Position numbers and translations under genes: made by a program
The notes under the pieces: model-generated
The model's input: only the letters and a program-made list of their open reading frames with translations
The model's database searches: none
Told to the model about the DNA's origin: nothing
Part shown: positions 1 to 37,100 of the stretch, in pieces
How positions within the stretch are numbered: the first letter of the stretch is position 1
Layout: each line of letters opens with the position of its first letter
Source: Paraspadella gotoi
Lineage: Eukaryota > Animalia > Chaetognatha
Assembly: GCA_051294375.1 (NCBI GenBank)
Contig: CM119270.1
Location: 10,870,969-10,934,968 of the forward strand
Direction of reading: 5' to 3'
Length of the DNA stretch: 64,000 nt

Positions 1-147
1 AAGAAAAAAGTAAAAAAATCCAAGAAGGGCAATTTCGTCTTGTTATTCGTGTGATGTAGGAAACGTCGAGTTTCCGTCAACCCTTCACTTCCCCTCGTGT
101 CAATTTTTGACCTCACCACAAATTTAGGGTTCGGGATACTAGAAAAT

Positions 148-184
<37 letters not shown>

Positions 185-790
185 GACGACGAGGATAAGA
201 AACAGACAAGGACAAGGAAACAGGAAAGGACAAGGAAAGCCGAACAGCGCAACAGGAAACGCGAAAGGAAAAGAATGGAAAAGAAAAAGAAGGAAAAGGA
301 AACGCCGACACGCGACACGCACACGCCGAACGAATGGAAAGGGAAAGCAAGGAAAGGAAGGGAAAGGGCAAGGGAAGACGGAAAGGAAAGCGAACCAGGA
401 AAGGAAAGGAAACAGGCAAAGCGAAAGGAAAGGAAAAGAAAGGAAAGGAAAGGAAAGGAAAGGCAAAGGACAAAGGTAACCGGACAAGGAAAGGAAAGGA
501 AAGGAACCGAAAAGAAAAGAAAAGAAACAGAAAATGAAAGAAAAGAAAAGAAAAAGAGAAAGAAAAGAAAAAGAAAATAGAAAAGGAAAGGAAAGGAATA
601 AGAAGAAGAAGTAAAAAAATGCCAAGAAGGGAATTTCGTCCTTGTTGATGTTCGTGGTGAATGTAGGAAACAGTCGAGTTTCGACAGTCAAACCGCCTTA
701 CTTCGCCTCGGTGTCAATTTTTTGACCGTCCACACAAGTTTAGGGGGTTCGGGATACTAAGAATAATTATTTCCTCTCCTCTCCTTCCCC
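1..790. repeat. Imperfect direct duplication, ~1-170 vs ~601-790, separated by GAAA/GGAAA-rich low-complexity DNA
   Basis: aatttcgtc..tgtaggaaac..gtcgagttt..gtgtcaatttt..ttcgggatact is present twice. Differences are almost all 1-bp indels. A 25-N gap follows at 896-920. Probably an assembly artefact. Confidence 0.75.
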
Positions 791-920
791 TCTCATCTCT
801 CTCTCTTCTTCTCTCTCTCTCTCTCCTCCTCCTCTCTCAACCCTCCACCTCCACCCCTCTCTTCCTCTCATGCTCCCTGCTCTCTCTCTCTCTTGNNNNN
901 NNNNNNNNNNNNNNNNNNNN

Positions 921-1272
921 TCTCTCTCTTTCCATTTCTATGAATACATAAAACCACGTCTCCCTCTTTGATCTTCAACATATTTTTCGCAGATTTTTCT
1001 GCGTCATCGNNNNNNNNNNNNNNNNGACCGGCGTGACCGGCGTGACCGGCGTGACCGGCGTGGCTGGCGTGACCCTCGACGATCGATTCTCTCTCCGAAT
1101 TCGACCGCTTCGCCTTTTTTCCGCCTCTTAATCGGCTTTCGCGCGAATTGGCGAAAAAGATTTGGGCGCCGTCGTCGTTCTCGTCGTCGTCGTCTTCGTC
1201 GTCTATGTCGACGATATTGTTATTTGTTGTGATTCTTGTGCCGTCATTCCTCACGTCGGAGAGCTTTAACAT
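921..1272 (-). CDS. Possible coding segment with an acidic tract and (His-Ala-Gly)n repeat; product unknown
   Basis: Open frame MLKLSDVRNDG..DIDDEDDDDENDD..GHASHAGHAGHAGHAG. It is GC-richer than its flanks and contains a (GACCGGCGT)n 9-mer at 1026-1075. It is interrupted by Ns and has no recognisable domain. Confidence 0.25.
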
Positions 1273-2021
1273 TATCCATACATTAACAATGTCTTATAAA
1301 TTGAGTTCACAGTTAACAAAGCACATAGTTACGTTAATTGTGAAACCAACCAGGCAATGGCAGTTGAGTCGAGCTCTGTTGACAACTTTAATGACAGCCG
1401 ATAGTTTTGAAGTAATAGAAAATAATTTTCTTATAAGTTAGAAAAGTTGTCGCTTCTTTGCATATAAAGGTCACGATTTAAAGAAGAAGCTCGAGAATAT
1501 GCGGAATTGAGTGAATCGCCTTGTCATGATGGACGTTCGCGTTGAACGAGGCTCTTCAGATTATATTAAATGTCATTTCATGTCACCGACTTTCTGATTA
1601 TTTTTTTTTTCTCAAACTGTTTAACATAAAATACATTAACCGAAACAAAATTCTTTAGTATATATTTTTTTCCACTGATCTTTTAAAGTATTACATTTTA
1701 ATTTTCTTACTAATGTTTGCTTGTTTCGTTTCTGTGTTTAATTTCTTTTACGTTCCAATCTTTTTTTTTATTTTCTTATTTGTCCCTTTTCTCTTTTTTC
1801 CTTCATTGTCCTGGTGCCAAATAAAACTCAGCGACTTTTCTTCCGCTCCATTTGATTGTTCCTTCGTCTTTTCACACTTTTTTGTCTCTCTCTCGGTCGC
1901 CTCTGCAGCTCCTTTTTCTCCACGCAAGATCTCTCTCTCCCTCTCTCCTCTCGTCTCTCTCTCTCTTCTCTCTCTCTCTCTCTCTCCTCGTCTCTCTCCC
2001 TCTCTCTCTCTCTCACTCTCT

Positions 2022-2052
<31 letters not shown>

Positions 2053-2083
2053 CTCATCTCTCTCTCTCGTCTCTCTCTCTCTC

Positions 2084-2673
2084 TGACGCAAACAGCTCAA
2101 AGAAAAAAACTTTAAAACCGAACTTTTCTAACCTTATTAATTGTTTACCGGTTTTACAGTTCAAAAAAGTTCTTTATTCTCTCAGTTTGTTCTGTTCTTT
2201 CGTTCGTCCAAAAAGGAAGAATATAAAAAAGAATTAGAAGGCTTTCCTGTGTTTTTTTTCTAAATCAACCCTGTCTTTTTACCAGCTAAAGCTTTTTGGG
2301 TCTCGCCCTTGACGTTCGGCATCGACTCAATTCTCCTCGGTACTGCTCTCTTTCGTCAATCCTCCTCTCGTCAACTCCTCGTCGTCTCTGCTCGTCGAAT
2401 CACCTCGTCTGCTCGCTCCTCTCTCAGCATCTCTCTGCTCTCGTCCTCATCTCGTCTCCCCGCTCTCTCTCATACTCTCCTCCTNNNNNNNNNNNNNNNN
2501 NNNNNNNNNTCTCTCTCTCTCTCTCTCTCACGCAAACAGTCAAAGAAAAAAACTTTAAACCGGACTTTTCAACCTTATTTTTACCGTTTTACAGTAAAAA
2601 TTCTTTTCTCTCTTTTCTTTTCTTTCCTCCAAAAGAAATATAAAAAAGAATTAGGCTTTCCTGTTTTTTTCTC
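2084..2673. repeat. Direct duplication, ~2084-2260 vs ~2529-2673, flanking a 25-N gap
   Basis: acgcaaacag..caaagaaaaaaactttaaa..ttaccg..tttacagt..aaaaagaattag..gctttcctg occurs on both sides of N25 (2485-2509). Differences are mostly indels. Confidence 0.75.
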
Positions 2674-3912
2674 NNNNNNNNNNNNNNNNNNNNNNNNNNN
2701 NNNNNNNNNNNNNNNNNNNNNNNNNNNNNNNNNNNNNNNNNNNNNNNNNNNNNNNNNNNNNNNNNNNNNNNNNNNNNNNNNNNNNNNNNNNNNNNNNNNN
2801 NNNNNNNNNNNNNNNNNNNNNNNNNNNNNNNNNNNNNNNNNNNNNNNNNNNNNNNNNNNNNNNNNNNNNNNNNNNNNNNNNNNNNNNNNNNNNNNNNNNN
2901 NNNNNNNNNNNNNNNNNNNNNNNNNNNNNNNNNNNNNNNNNNNNNNNNNNNNNNNNNNNNNNNNNNNNNNNNNNNNNNNNNNNNNNNNNNNNNNNNNNNN
3001 NNNNNNNNNNNNNNNNNNNNNNNNNNNNNNNNNNNNNNNNNNNNNNNNNNNNNNNNNNNNNNNNNNNNNNNNNNNNNNNNNNNNNNNNNNNNNNNNNNNN
3101 NNNNNNNNNNNNNNNNNNNNNNNNNNAAACAAATCCATTATTGGTATTAGTTATGATGTTAAAAAATTATTTTTTAAAAATGTTCCGAACCATGAGCTAA
3201 TTAAAAATATTATATTGCTGTATAATGTCCAAACATTTTTTTGGAATGTAAGTTTATTTTAATAAAATGATTCTAGGTAGAGCTTTCAAAAGGTAATCAA
3301 AAACTGTAATTACCATATTTTAAAATTTTGATTTGCAAAAACTGCCAAATCATCGGATTGATGATTAATGATTAATGATGATTTTAACGTTTTTCCCAAT
3401 TTTAACTCACTTATCATCCAAAATATTTAAAAAAGAATTATACCTTTGTGTAGACAACTTTCATAAGCTATCTGAATTGATTTAAAAATTACAAAAATTC
3501 TAAAAAAAATTTTGACAATTCCTATCTATAAATAAATATAAAAAAATTAATTACTAGTGCTTCTAGCCATGTTTGAGAAAAATTAGGTCATTGAAATTCT
3601 CAGAAAATGTATGTAAGTTTCATTTTGGGAGCGTTCCCAAATCAAACTTTTGACCCACGCATTGACAAAGATTGGCCCCCTACTTTAAGCTTATTCTGTT
3701 TAAATTCTTAAACAGCCACTTTTAGTTATAAAAAATTTTTTTTCTGAAAAAAAATATATTTTCAAATTTAAAGTAATCTTTCAGAACTTCTCACTTACAT
3801 TATTATTCGTTCTCTCCCAAAATCTTTTCCACCTTTTTTCTAAACTCCCATTCCAATCTTTTGAGTCACTTACCTTTTCTCATCTCTCTTCTCTCTCTCT
3901 CTCTGTCTCTCT

Positions 3913-3958
<46 letters not shown>

Positions 3959-4049
3959 TTCTCCCTTTTTCGTTCTCGTGGGACTCTCATCCCAGGTCAG
4001 TCTTCAGCCGGCGTCACATTTCTTCATCCCAACTCATTCGTCTCACATT

Positions 4050-4157
4050 CCATCGCTCCTACATCACTCCTCCATCGCTCCTACATCACTCATCCATCGC
4101 TCCTACATCACTCCTCCATCGCTCCAACATCACTACTTCATCACTGCTCAATCACTC
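4050..4157. repeat. 22-bp minisatellite (ccatcgctcctacatcactcct) built from two related 11-mers
   Basis: About 4-5 tandem units, directly visible. Confidence 0.85.
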
Positions 4158-5380
4158 TTTCTCTTTCGCTCTTTGCTCCCCATCTGCTCCCATCCTTCTG
4201 ATTCGCTTAACTATCTTTATTGCTTCCCTTTTTTTCCTTTTTAATCATCTCTATCCCTCTCTATTTTTCTACTTAACTATTAATTTTCCCATCCGCTCCT
4301 CATCCCTCTCCCCCGCTTCCATTCCGCTCCTCATCCCCCTCCTCCTCTCCTCCGTCCGCTCCTCATCCTCCTCCTCGGCTTGAATCACCTCCCATCGGCC
4401 GGTCAAATATAATTTGATTTCCCCACCGATTCCTTGAGATTCAAGACTTTTCCTTCCGCCGTCTCTATTTCCAAGAGCGACCCCCGCCAAAACCTTTTCC
4501 CCCTTCTCTTTTTTTTTTCTTTTCTTTTTTTAAATCTCTTTCCCGCCTTTTTCTTTTCTATTTTTTACCACTTTTCCATTTTATTTCCTTGGTCCTCATT
4601 GTCTTCCATTGTCTTTGCCCCAATCACTTTTTAATCATTTCTTTTTTCCCTTTTTGCAAAAAAATTTTTTTTTATTCTATCATTTTATCATTTTCTCTAA
4701 AGACTAGTCTTCTCCCCACTCCTTCCTTTAACCATCCCTCTTTCACGCCTTGCCCCCAGGTGTCCCCGCCTCGGGACGTCGCGAGTTTCGTATCCCAAAT
4801 GTCCTTTCCCCTTTTAACCTTTGCCTCCTTTGGCACCATGGTTGCCATGAGGACGTCAAAGATTTTCACGGCGTCAGTCTCACGCATTCAATTAGCTCAC
4901 TCGCTCTCACTCAACATTATTTAAGTTAGGTCGGATACAAATCTTTGATATCAAGTCAACTCCTTTAGATTAGGGCCAAGAAAATCATTGATCAATAATA
5001 AATGAAGGACTATCTTACAATGACCTAGTTGTTTCATAAACCGAAGGCGAAGTCACGAGAGCTGTTGATAGTCTGGAGATTTTAAGATTCGATCGCCTAT
5101 CTTCTGTGCCGCTTTCATTGCCACCCGACTCCACCCCCCCCCCACAAAACGTCCCCATCCAACGCCCCCTTCTAAAACGCCCCCCCCCGGCCCCCCCATC
5201 CCGTCCGCCCGAGACCTCGGATTCCATCGCCTTCACCAAACTCGGCGCTCGGGGAAATTGCCTGGTTGTCATTCCAAATCCTTTTTGCCTTCAACCAGAT
5301 TACCATCACCATGAAAAGCTTCCAATCTGAAGGGATCCAATCAGCTGACAACTCATAAACGCTGGATTGGTTGACTCGGT

Positions 5381-5470
5381 CGCGGCGGTAGCGGCGGTAG
5401 CGGCGGTAGCGGCGGTAGCGGCGGTAGCGGCGGTAGCGGCGGTAGCGGCGGTAGCGGCGGTAGCGGCGGG
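5381..5470. repeat. (GCGGCGGTA)n 9-mer tandem repeat
   Basis: About 9-10 perfect units. A scrambled equivalent lies at ~14700-14850. Confidence 0.95.
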
Positions 5471-7719
5471 GGTGGGCGGGTAATTGAGGCGGTTGGTTTG
5501 TTAAAAAAAACGCGATAATTGGTTCAGCTTGTTTGGACGAAAAATCTCTTTTCCCATTGTTTTTTGTTTTTTTTTGTTATTTTGCTCCCTGATTTAGCGG
5601 TTATTTGTTCAAGATGTACAAGGTTTTAGTTAAATAAAATTTAAGAGTTGAAAGATTTCACAAAATATATTCATAAACAAAAGAAGGAAACGTTTCTTTA
5701 TCGATTTCGTTCCGAAAACCGAACTAGTGCTTCTGACAATTGGGGGGGGGCTTAGCTGGAACAAGGCTGATTGGCCGTCCCTAAAATAAGCCCGGGAATT
5801 CGCTAAAAAAAAGGGTGGATGAGAAAAGATGTTTTAAAATAGAAAGAAAAATTATTGAAACGCAAAGAGCAAAAAAAAATGTGAGAGAAAAAAAAATGGC
5901 GGAAAAAGGCGTGAAAGAAATTAGCGTGAAAAAAAGGATTGGTGAGTCGGGAGTCCGGAAAGAGAAAGAGGAATGAAGATTTTTGGTGACTTCAGAAGTG
6001 AAAAAAGTTTGGGCTGAGAAATTTGGAATGAGAGTTTGGGACAGAGAATGTTAATGTGAAGGGAAGCTCTAACAAATCTCGGTTGAGTAATTTTTTTAGA
6101 AGATTGAGTGGGCTGAGTGAATTAGGTGGGGTTGATTTGTGAAAGTGAGTCCTGAGCTAAGGGTCGAGTTTTCGGAGATCGAAATCTGTCATCGGGCTTA
6201 ATGAATTAACCGAGTGTGAATTGGTTCTCCCGTGACTCGGTTTCTTGTGACTCGAGAAAATCAGAAACAATCAAAGTAAAATAAATGAGGTGAGAAAAGT
6301 GAAGAGAAAAAAAAGGGAGAAAAAAATGAGAAAGGGAAAGAGTCTGGAAAACCGAGATAAAAAGAAAGAAAAGAATAAAATAGTAAGAAAGAAAAAAGCA
6401 GATTTGAAAAAGAGCAAAAAAAGGGGAAAAGTATAAACGAAAAGACGAAAAAAGGATTGAAGAAAAAAAAGAAGAAGGGAAAGAGAGTAGGAAAGACAAA
6501 GAAAATACTTCTGAAATATCGTAAAAGCAAAGATACTAGAAAAATAGCAATTAAGTAAATAGACGATCCGATTTCGACTTTGGAGTTCTGATTCGTCTGC
6601 GATGATAGAAAGATAATACAATATTAATAAAATAATAATATTTATATTATATATATTTTTTATGTTTTAATGTATGATAACTTGTTTGAATCAGAAATAG
6701 CCATATTTTTGATTATATCATTTTTCTGTAAAAATTATAATATTAAAAGCTTAAAATAATAGCAAAAAATAGACAAATCAAATTTTATTTTTGGAGAAAA
6801 AAGGGAAACACAAGTCATGTTTGATTAAAAAACCTTTAAATATGAAATTTAATCTATTATTTTTTCTATCAATTGAAACCTTTTATGACAAAATCAATCT
6901 TAAATTGACTCAAATAATAATATTTTTTACTATTTTTTTACTTTTTAAACATTTTGTGGAATTGTTTTTATCAATATTACAAAAACTAATTATCACAGAG
7001 AAATCTCATTAAGGATATTTTTGGATTTATAATATTACTTATTATACTATTGCTTGTTAAATTATTTTAAAATATATATGTAAAATTTAACAATTTTATA
7101 CATAGAATTTCATAGTAGTTATTGTTGAAATAAAAATTTAAAATTAGGTTGATTTTGAAGCTAAGCAATAGTAGGTTATATTTCTATAGTTTTTTTTTAA
7201 TATGAAATGAATAAGTCTTTCACATAGTAATTACCAAATTGTTACTATTTTTATAATAAATGAATTTTTTTCATTAATAACTTGAGAACGAATAATCGTA
7301 GGCTTATGAGAATGGGTTCAAATTAAAGCTCTCTTTCAGTAGATAATGGTTGATTTAAAGAAAGTTAAATTTGACAAAATTATAACAAAACTTTAAAATC
7401 CAATTAAAAAATAAATTGCTTGGATCAGAATTTTTTGACTTCAGTACGATGTAGTAAAAACATTTTTCATTTTTTTGTGTTAAAAAAAAGGGTTATTTCT
7501 ATTTTCTTTTACGGGGTTTCTAGGGAACCGTGGGAAGGAAGGTATTGAAAAATATATACCGATATTTGAGATTCAAGGCGTTCTTCACGCTCTCTCGTTC
7601 TCTCTCTATCTCACACAAGCTCACACACACCACCTCACACATACTCCGGCATTTTCTCATCTTCTCCGTCTCTTATTTAATGATGGCTCCATTTCTTCCA
7701 TCAAGCGAAATTTCTTATA

Positions 7720-7757
<38 letters not shown>

Positions 7758-8311
7758 CCCACTTTTCAAACTCTTCCGAGAAGCGAAGAAGATGTATGAG
7801 AAAATAATGCGGGTGGGATTATTTTTAAAGGAAAAATCCGCGACGTCGACTTTGTGAGGTTGCGTTGATAACGGACTCAGTTATCTCCCAAAGGGATTGA
7901 CGAGCGCGACGAACCTACGAGACAGAAAAGGTTTTTTTTCAATACTTCTCTTTTTAGTTTAAGTTAGGTAATTTTGTATTTTAAACCATACATAGTTTTA
8001 GAAATGCAAAAAACAAATTACAACCATCGATAAAATCTGTGTATTTTGGAAATAAACTGATCAGGAAAGCCAGTAAATGAATGTGTAAATTAAGGAAAAG
8101 GGAATGAGAAAGTTGTGTATAAATGGATGGATGAATGAGTAATTAGACGACTTTATAAAAACTGCAGCGTCAATCGTCTGTCGTCACAATTTCATCCGTC
8201 GTTTTTTGATGGATTTCACGGATTTTGAGGTCAACGCGGTCTGTAAATGTTTGGCGAGGTAGAACTGAAAAAAACAAATCAAATAATCGCTCTAAATATA
8301 AGCAGGGGACA

Positions 8312-8346
<35 letters not shown>

Positions 8347-9627
8347 CCTCTCTTCGTCTCTCTCTCTCTCTCCTCTCATCTCCTTTCCTCCCTTTCTTGT
8401 ACCGCCCTGCCGCGCCCGACGGGCAGAGTTTCGCCAAATCAGCAGGAAAAAAGCGGTTATGAAACCAGAGCGGCGAAAAAGACGTTTCGGAGAAGTGAGT
8501 GGGTGAGGTTCTGGGTGAGGACGAGGTGGAAGTCGGAGAGTGGAAAAAAAAGAGATTTAGGGAGACGAAGAGAAGTTGAGATAAGGAGAAGATGAATAGT
8601 GAGGATGAAAAAGAAGATGAGATTACGAAGTACTGTGACTAGAGAGAGGAAAGGGAGGTAAGCAAGAGAGTTTTAAAAAACCCCAGCGATCAAGAACGAA
8701 GGGGGGGGAGGGAGGCGGTGGAGGAAAAAGTATTTTTTCTCTCTCCGCTTTCTCCGGCTACAAATAGGCTTTTGATTCCTCGCTTTCCTTCTTTTTACGG
8801 CTTGTCTGGAGAGAGGTTCCGGTTTCATAGTTTTTTCCTTCTTTTTTCGCTGACTTTTCTTTTATTCGGTTTTCGTTTTTTTTTTCTTTTTGAATTTTTT
8901 ACACTGCTGTTTTTTAGTGTATTTCTTTTGTTTTTGGTACAATTTTCCATTCATGGCTTTTTGTTCTTTCTTTCAAGCTTCTATCGTTCACTCTTTTATC
9001 CGCTACTATATTTGACTTGCATTTTAAAACTGATATCCTTTACTAAAAAAAACAAAAAAACAACGATATTTTATACTCGTTGTTCTTTTCATTTTACGAT
9101 TTAAAAATGTATTTTTATCCGTCGTTTTTGTTGTTGTTTTTTCATATTGTTCTCGTTGTTTCTTTGATCTCTGACGTTTGTTCGTTCAAATCGACACTCG
9201 ACGTCTCAAACATCGATCGATCTCGAGTCGTCGAGAAAAACGAGTTTCTGCGACGACGACGACAATGAAATAACAAATGATCCGTCGTTGAAAGCGACCA
9301 ATGGCTGCGTGCCGACGCCTGCGTGTCTGAAATTCGAAAACAGAGCGTCAATCTGTAGCCAAGCATTCAGAATAGAAAACATAAAAGCTGAATAATACAA
9401 ATTTAACTACAGTCAAAAGCTAAAAATAGAGAGAAAATCATGAACGAGTGAACGAGGTTGAACGGGTTCTGTGGTCAGGATTAACTAACCACAAAACGGT
9501 GGTTGTTGTGGTTGTTAAGTGTTAATCGAGTCGTAAGGTTGTTGTTGAGATGGCTGTTTATGATATTTTTTTTGTTTTGTTTTTTTGTTTTGTTTTTAAA
9601 CCGTTTTGTTTCTCTTTCGTTAAACAG

Positions 9628-32596
<22,969 letters not shown>

Positions 32597-32647
32597 CAAC
32601 GACGATTTACCGTGAATTCGTGAATTGCGACGGCGTTCAATGTGATT

Positions 32648-32679
<32 letters not shown>

Positions 32680-32714
32680 TCTCTCTCCTCTCCTCTCTCT
32701 CTCTCCTCTTCTCT

Positions 32715-32760
<46 letters not shown>

Positions 32761-34114
32761 GATAGTTTTTCCGTTCATGGTTGAATTTTTATTTAATTCA
32801 ATACTTGATAAGTTGATTTATTACATTCGATTTCTGTTTTCTAATGGGCTTAAATTGTTTTTCGATGAAAACTTGTCATTATAATTAAGATTAAGTAAGA
32901 TTAATGTAAAAAAAAATTAATCCAATTGAGAACAAATCCAAATGTAAACAAAACAATTTAAGCGAGTATAATTAATTAAGTAATTGGTATCCTAAAATAA
33001 CAAAAACAATCAAAGGGTAATGAGAAAATGGCATCCACGGAAAATATTTGAAATTTAATTTCTCGCTGTGTCTCACTCGTGATACTCGGTAGCTCTTAAT
33101 TGATCATTGATTTTTAATCGTCTTATTTAAATGTTGTATCATTATTTGAGTTTCTCTTTTTCTTCTTTTTTTTAAAGTTTGAAATATCTCCATACAGCGA
33201 AGCTTGACAATCTTTCAGTCATTATTACAATTTAAAAACTATTTTTTTGGTTGTTGATACTTTCTTTAACCTTATAGTTAGACGTTTAGTTGAGAAGAAT
33301 CAGTCATAGTAAATTAAATTCCTCAGGGTTACCTCTTCGAAATCTGTAGATATCATTTCGGGTTCCATTTTACTGCTTTCCTCTTTCATCGGACCACAAA
33401 GGGGGTCGCTCCGGAAAAATCTTAAATTAAGTTATGCATATATGAATATTATTAGATTTAAAATCGTGACAAAAATAAGAATTAAAATAAACAAATTAAA
33501 TTCGCTAAATGTAAACTAATATCATTTGTTTAGACCTCTGAATAACTCTATAGGCTGTAGAGGACGACAAAACTGGACTGTTGAAAAACAAAAGACAACC
33601 ATGATCCGATATAAATGTAAAAATATATTTTATAAAATGAGTTACCGAAATGTGTTTAGAAATTTTAATATGTTATAGGTACGTTTTATTTTCCGTTTGA
33701 TCCTCCCAAAAGTAATTAATTAAGTATTATTTGCAAAACTACGTCTCAAAAACAACACAAGGATCGAAAAAAGTTAACCTTTCAAGATAGCATTCCGCTT
33801 ACCGTAACACTTATCACGTAACAGCAATAAGTCGATCTTATTGAGAACAAAATTCAATTGTTTGAATCTGCTAGTTTAAGAAAGATCTCACTGCGAGAGA
33901 TTGCTGTTTAACACCATCAATCACCATCGGTAGCATAAGTCATAAAAAGTCATAAAAAGCTAAAAGCGGCGCTTAAGTAAAATGATGCAGCATCTAATGT
34001 TTACAACGTTTATTTAAGATATTAAGCCTCGACAAAACAAAACCTTTAAGAAGTGAAATTCTTCATACTTAATCGCCTAATAATTAAGAAACCATAACCA
34101 TAAAAATAAAAAAA

Positions 34115-37100
34115 ATGTCAGATTGTCCGCAATTGTTGACGCCTCTTCAACAGAAGCACATTCAGCGACAAAATAGGTTTGACAAATATATTTTTTAACC
34201 TTTATTCAACGGATAAAGGACAAAATTTCAAAAATTCAAATTTTTTAATCATTTGTTTTACTTGTATAATTGCTTATCAATCAAGTGACATTTTTTTTGT
34301 CGTAATAGCATCAACCAGAGGCGACATATAGGTGTCAGTCACAAAAAGCAACAACAGCAAGATGAAGCGGATAAGGTTTTGTACAAATTAGGACTCATGT
34401 CGCTTAAAGGTTCGTTTCAAATGCAAACCGGCATTAGTGTTAGTCATAAATACAATGATATTTATTTTTTTCTACCTAGTTAAAAACGAGACGACGAAGC
34501 GGCGGCCGTCGGAAATTTCCGATGAAGAAAAGGAAAAAACCAAAGCTGGCCTCGAGTTCTGCAGGTAGCGCCCTTCGAAAAAAAGTGACCCCTACACCCC
34601 TACATATAGTGATGAACGACTTTCCACCCCCCCTTTCCCCCAATCTTTCCAACTCTTCCACCATCGACAGCATGGTGGCGCTGCAGGGCGACGGGGAGAA
34701 GATGGCGCTCGAAGCGGATCAGATCGCCAAAAGACTCGGCATCGAGGACGACGATGACAACGACGACAAAATCGATGTCGTCGACACGGTGGGCGTGGCA
34801 GTCGGCGCTGGCGTCGACGAATCGGGGGACGGCGGGGGTGAGCGAGTGCTTTTATAAAGTTGAGATTAGGACAACGACATATTTTTCGGTGTTCTAACCT
34901 AATTCCTAGATCCTTTCATTCACTTTCTTCTTTTTTAACAAAACACATTTTTCATTGCGAATTTATTACGCAGATCTTATGCACTATTAATCTTATCTCC
35001 TTAATATTTAATACATTCAGGGATGAAGGACGAGAACGCTTTGAAGTTTTGTTTTGAAATTCCCGAATCTCAGCGTTCCGCGTCCGTGTGGAAGTTGGGA
35101 GGTAAGAAAAAGGAACCTGGTGACATTTTCCATTTTATAAAGTAGGTAGTTTTGTCAATCAAATGACATACGAACTTTTTATCTTAGCTGTCAACAATCC
35201 ATCATCCATCATTCATTCTTTATCATTCAATATTTCTATCAACATTATCATAATTATAATTTTCGACAAACCTTATCACATTGTCACAAGCCTTTATTCC
35301 AGCCAATATCCTTTGCGACATGAAGTTCTTTGTCTCGGCCGAGGAGTGGATCCGACGCTGCAACGACCGCAGCCTCGACGGCGACGCAGAGGCGCAGCTG
35401 CTCTTTCAAGAGATCAGGACCAAGAGGTTCTTCAGCCACGTCACCAAAGGTGAAATGAGATAAGAAAAGAGGAAAAATATATATCTAGGGCAGGATAATC
35501 TGCAAGGATTGTAAGAATAGTTCTCGAGATCGATGGGTCGATTTGCGATTCAGATCTTGAAGCCGAAGTTGGTTTCACCATCGAGAAATTCCGCGGCCTC
35601 TACGCGAAGAAAAAATTGGAGGAGGGAGAGTCGGTCGTCGTGGAGGAGCCCATCCTTTTCTCTCGAGCTTACAGGTGGAGGATAGTGTGGTGTGGACTGT
35701 GGTCTGTGGTGGATTTGGGTTTGTGGTTGATGCGCCCGTTAAACCTACGAGCTTCTTTTCAACTGTTTCGAGTTCATTTCTTGAACTCACGACAACAGTC
35801 TGTTGTTTTAATTTTTCTACCTTTACTTGATCTTTAAAGACCCGAATAAACTGTAAACTGTAGTGTAGGCGGTTCTCCCTTCCAATCCATTTATTTATCT
35901 CGTTTGAGCGATGAAGGCCTTAACCTGTCGAACGTCAGGAGGCATTTATTAAACGAATGGATATTTTATATTGTTTATAATACTAATTTTTTTGCCCCAG
36001 TTCCAATCCGGATGAAAACTTTCCCGCCTGCAATTTTTGCGGCAAAGATTTGGCGACGATCGAAGATTATTTCGGCGACGTGATTGAAAAGTTGATCAGG
36101 GAAGTTCCGCCCGTCGCTGCTGATCTCAAGGTAAGTTAAAACATATTCTATTCTATATTCTATTTCTATATTCTCTCAACTTAAAAATAAACTTCTTCAT
36201 AATATTTGAATAATCTTTTTAATAAATAAAGGAAATGAAATCCCTTTGGCCGGATGTCACCACCGTGAGATGCTCAACATGCGAAGAAGAAGAATTCTGT
36301 AGTGACGAGTGTCGACGAGGATATTGGGAAAAGCATCACCGATATCTCTGTCCCGGTCGGTTGTTGTTGTTAAAGTTTTTTTTTAAGTTCGGAACTCGGG
36401 TATAAGAATGGAGATATGTCATCTCCCAAATCCTCCGCCCCGCGGGGTGGCTCTAGGGGCGGCCCCAGGGGGCAGACTATTCCAGGGGGAGCAGCATAAT
36501 GGTCATTGAGGGGGCGCCCCTAATAGACCTAAAATGTTAGCCCCAGGGGGAACCCCCCTGGGGCGGCCCCTTGGGGCCAAAAAAAGTCTGCCCCTGGGGG
36601 TAACCCCTTGGGAAGCAAAATAGTGCTCCCCCAGGGGCGAGTTAAGGAGAGAGCAAAGTTTAGATATGAAAATATATTTTCTGACAATGTTATTGTATCT
36701 GAGAATATCTATCCCTGTCTGTTACTCTCTCTTTCTCTCTTTCTCTCTCACACTTTCTCTTTCTCTCTCTTTCTCTTTCTCTCTCTCTCTCTTTTTTTTT
36801 TCTTTTTCTCTCTTTCTTTTTCTTTCTCTCTTTCTTTCTCTCTCTCTGTCTCTTTCTCTCTCTCTATCTTTCAAGATTTATTTTATATAACTAAAAAAAA
36901 TAGACATTTTTTTTCAAATTATTATTAATGTGAAATTTTTTTTTTCATTTAAGATTTGTAATTAATAATTATCAGTTTGTAGATTGCCTCAGATGAACTC
37001 ATGTTGTTGAGGAAAGGCTGATGGTTTGAGAGAGAGAGTGAGCAAAACTTTATATCTAGCTCAATCACACACTTTTCTACCCACACACAAGATTTCATTC

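Noticed and set aside
3127-3688. Possible Kolobok-like element end (cccctact|ttaa)
   Set aside because: Only one end is visible and the other would be in the gap, so terminal repeats cannot be tested.
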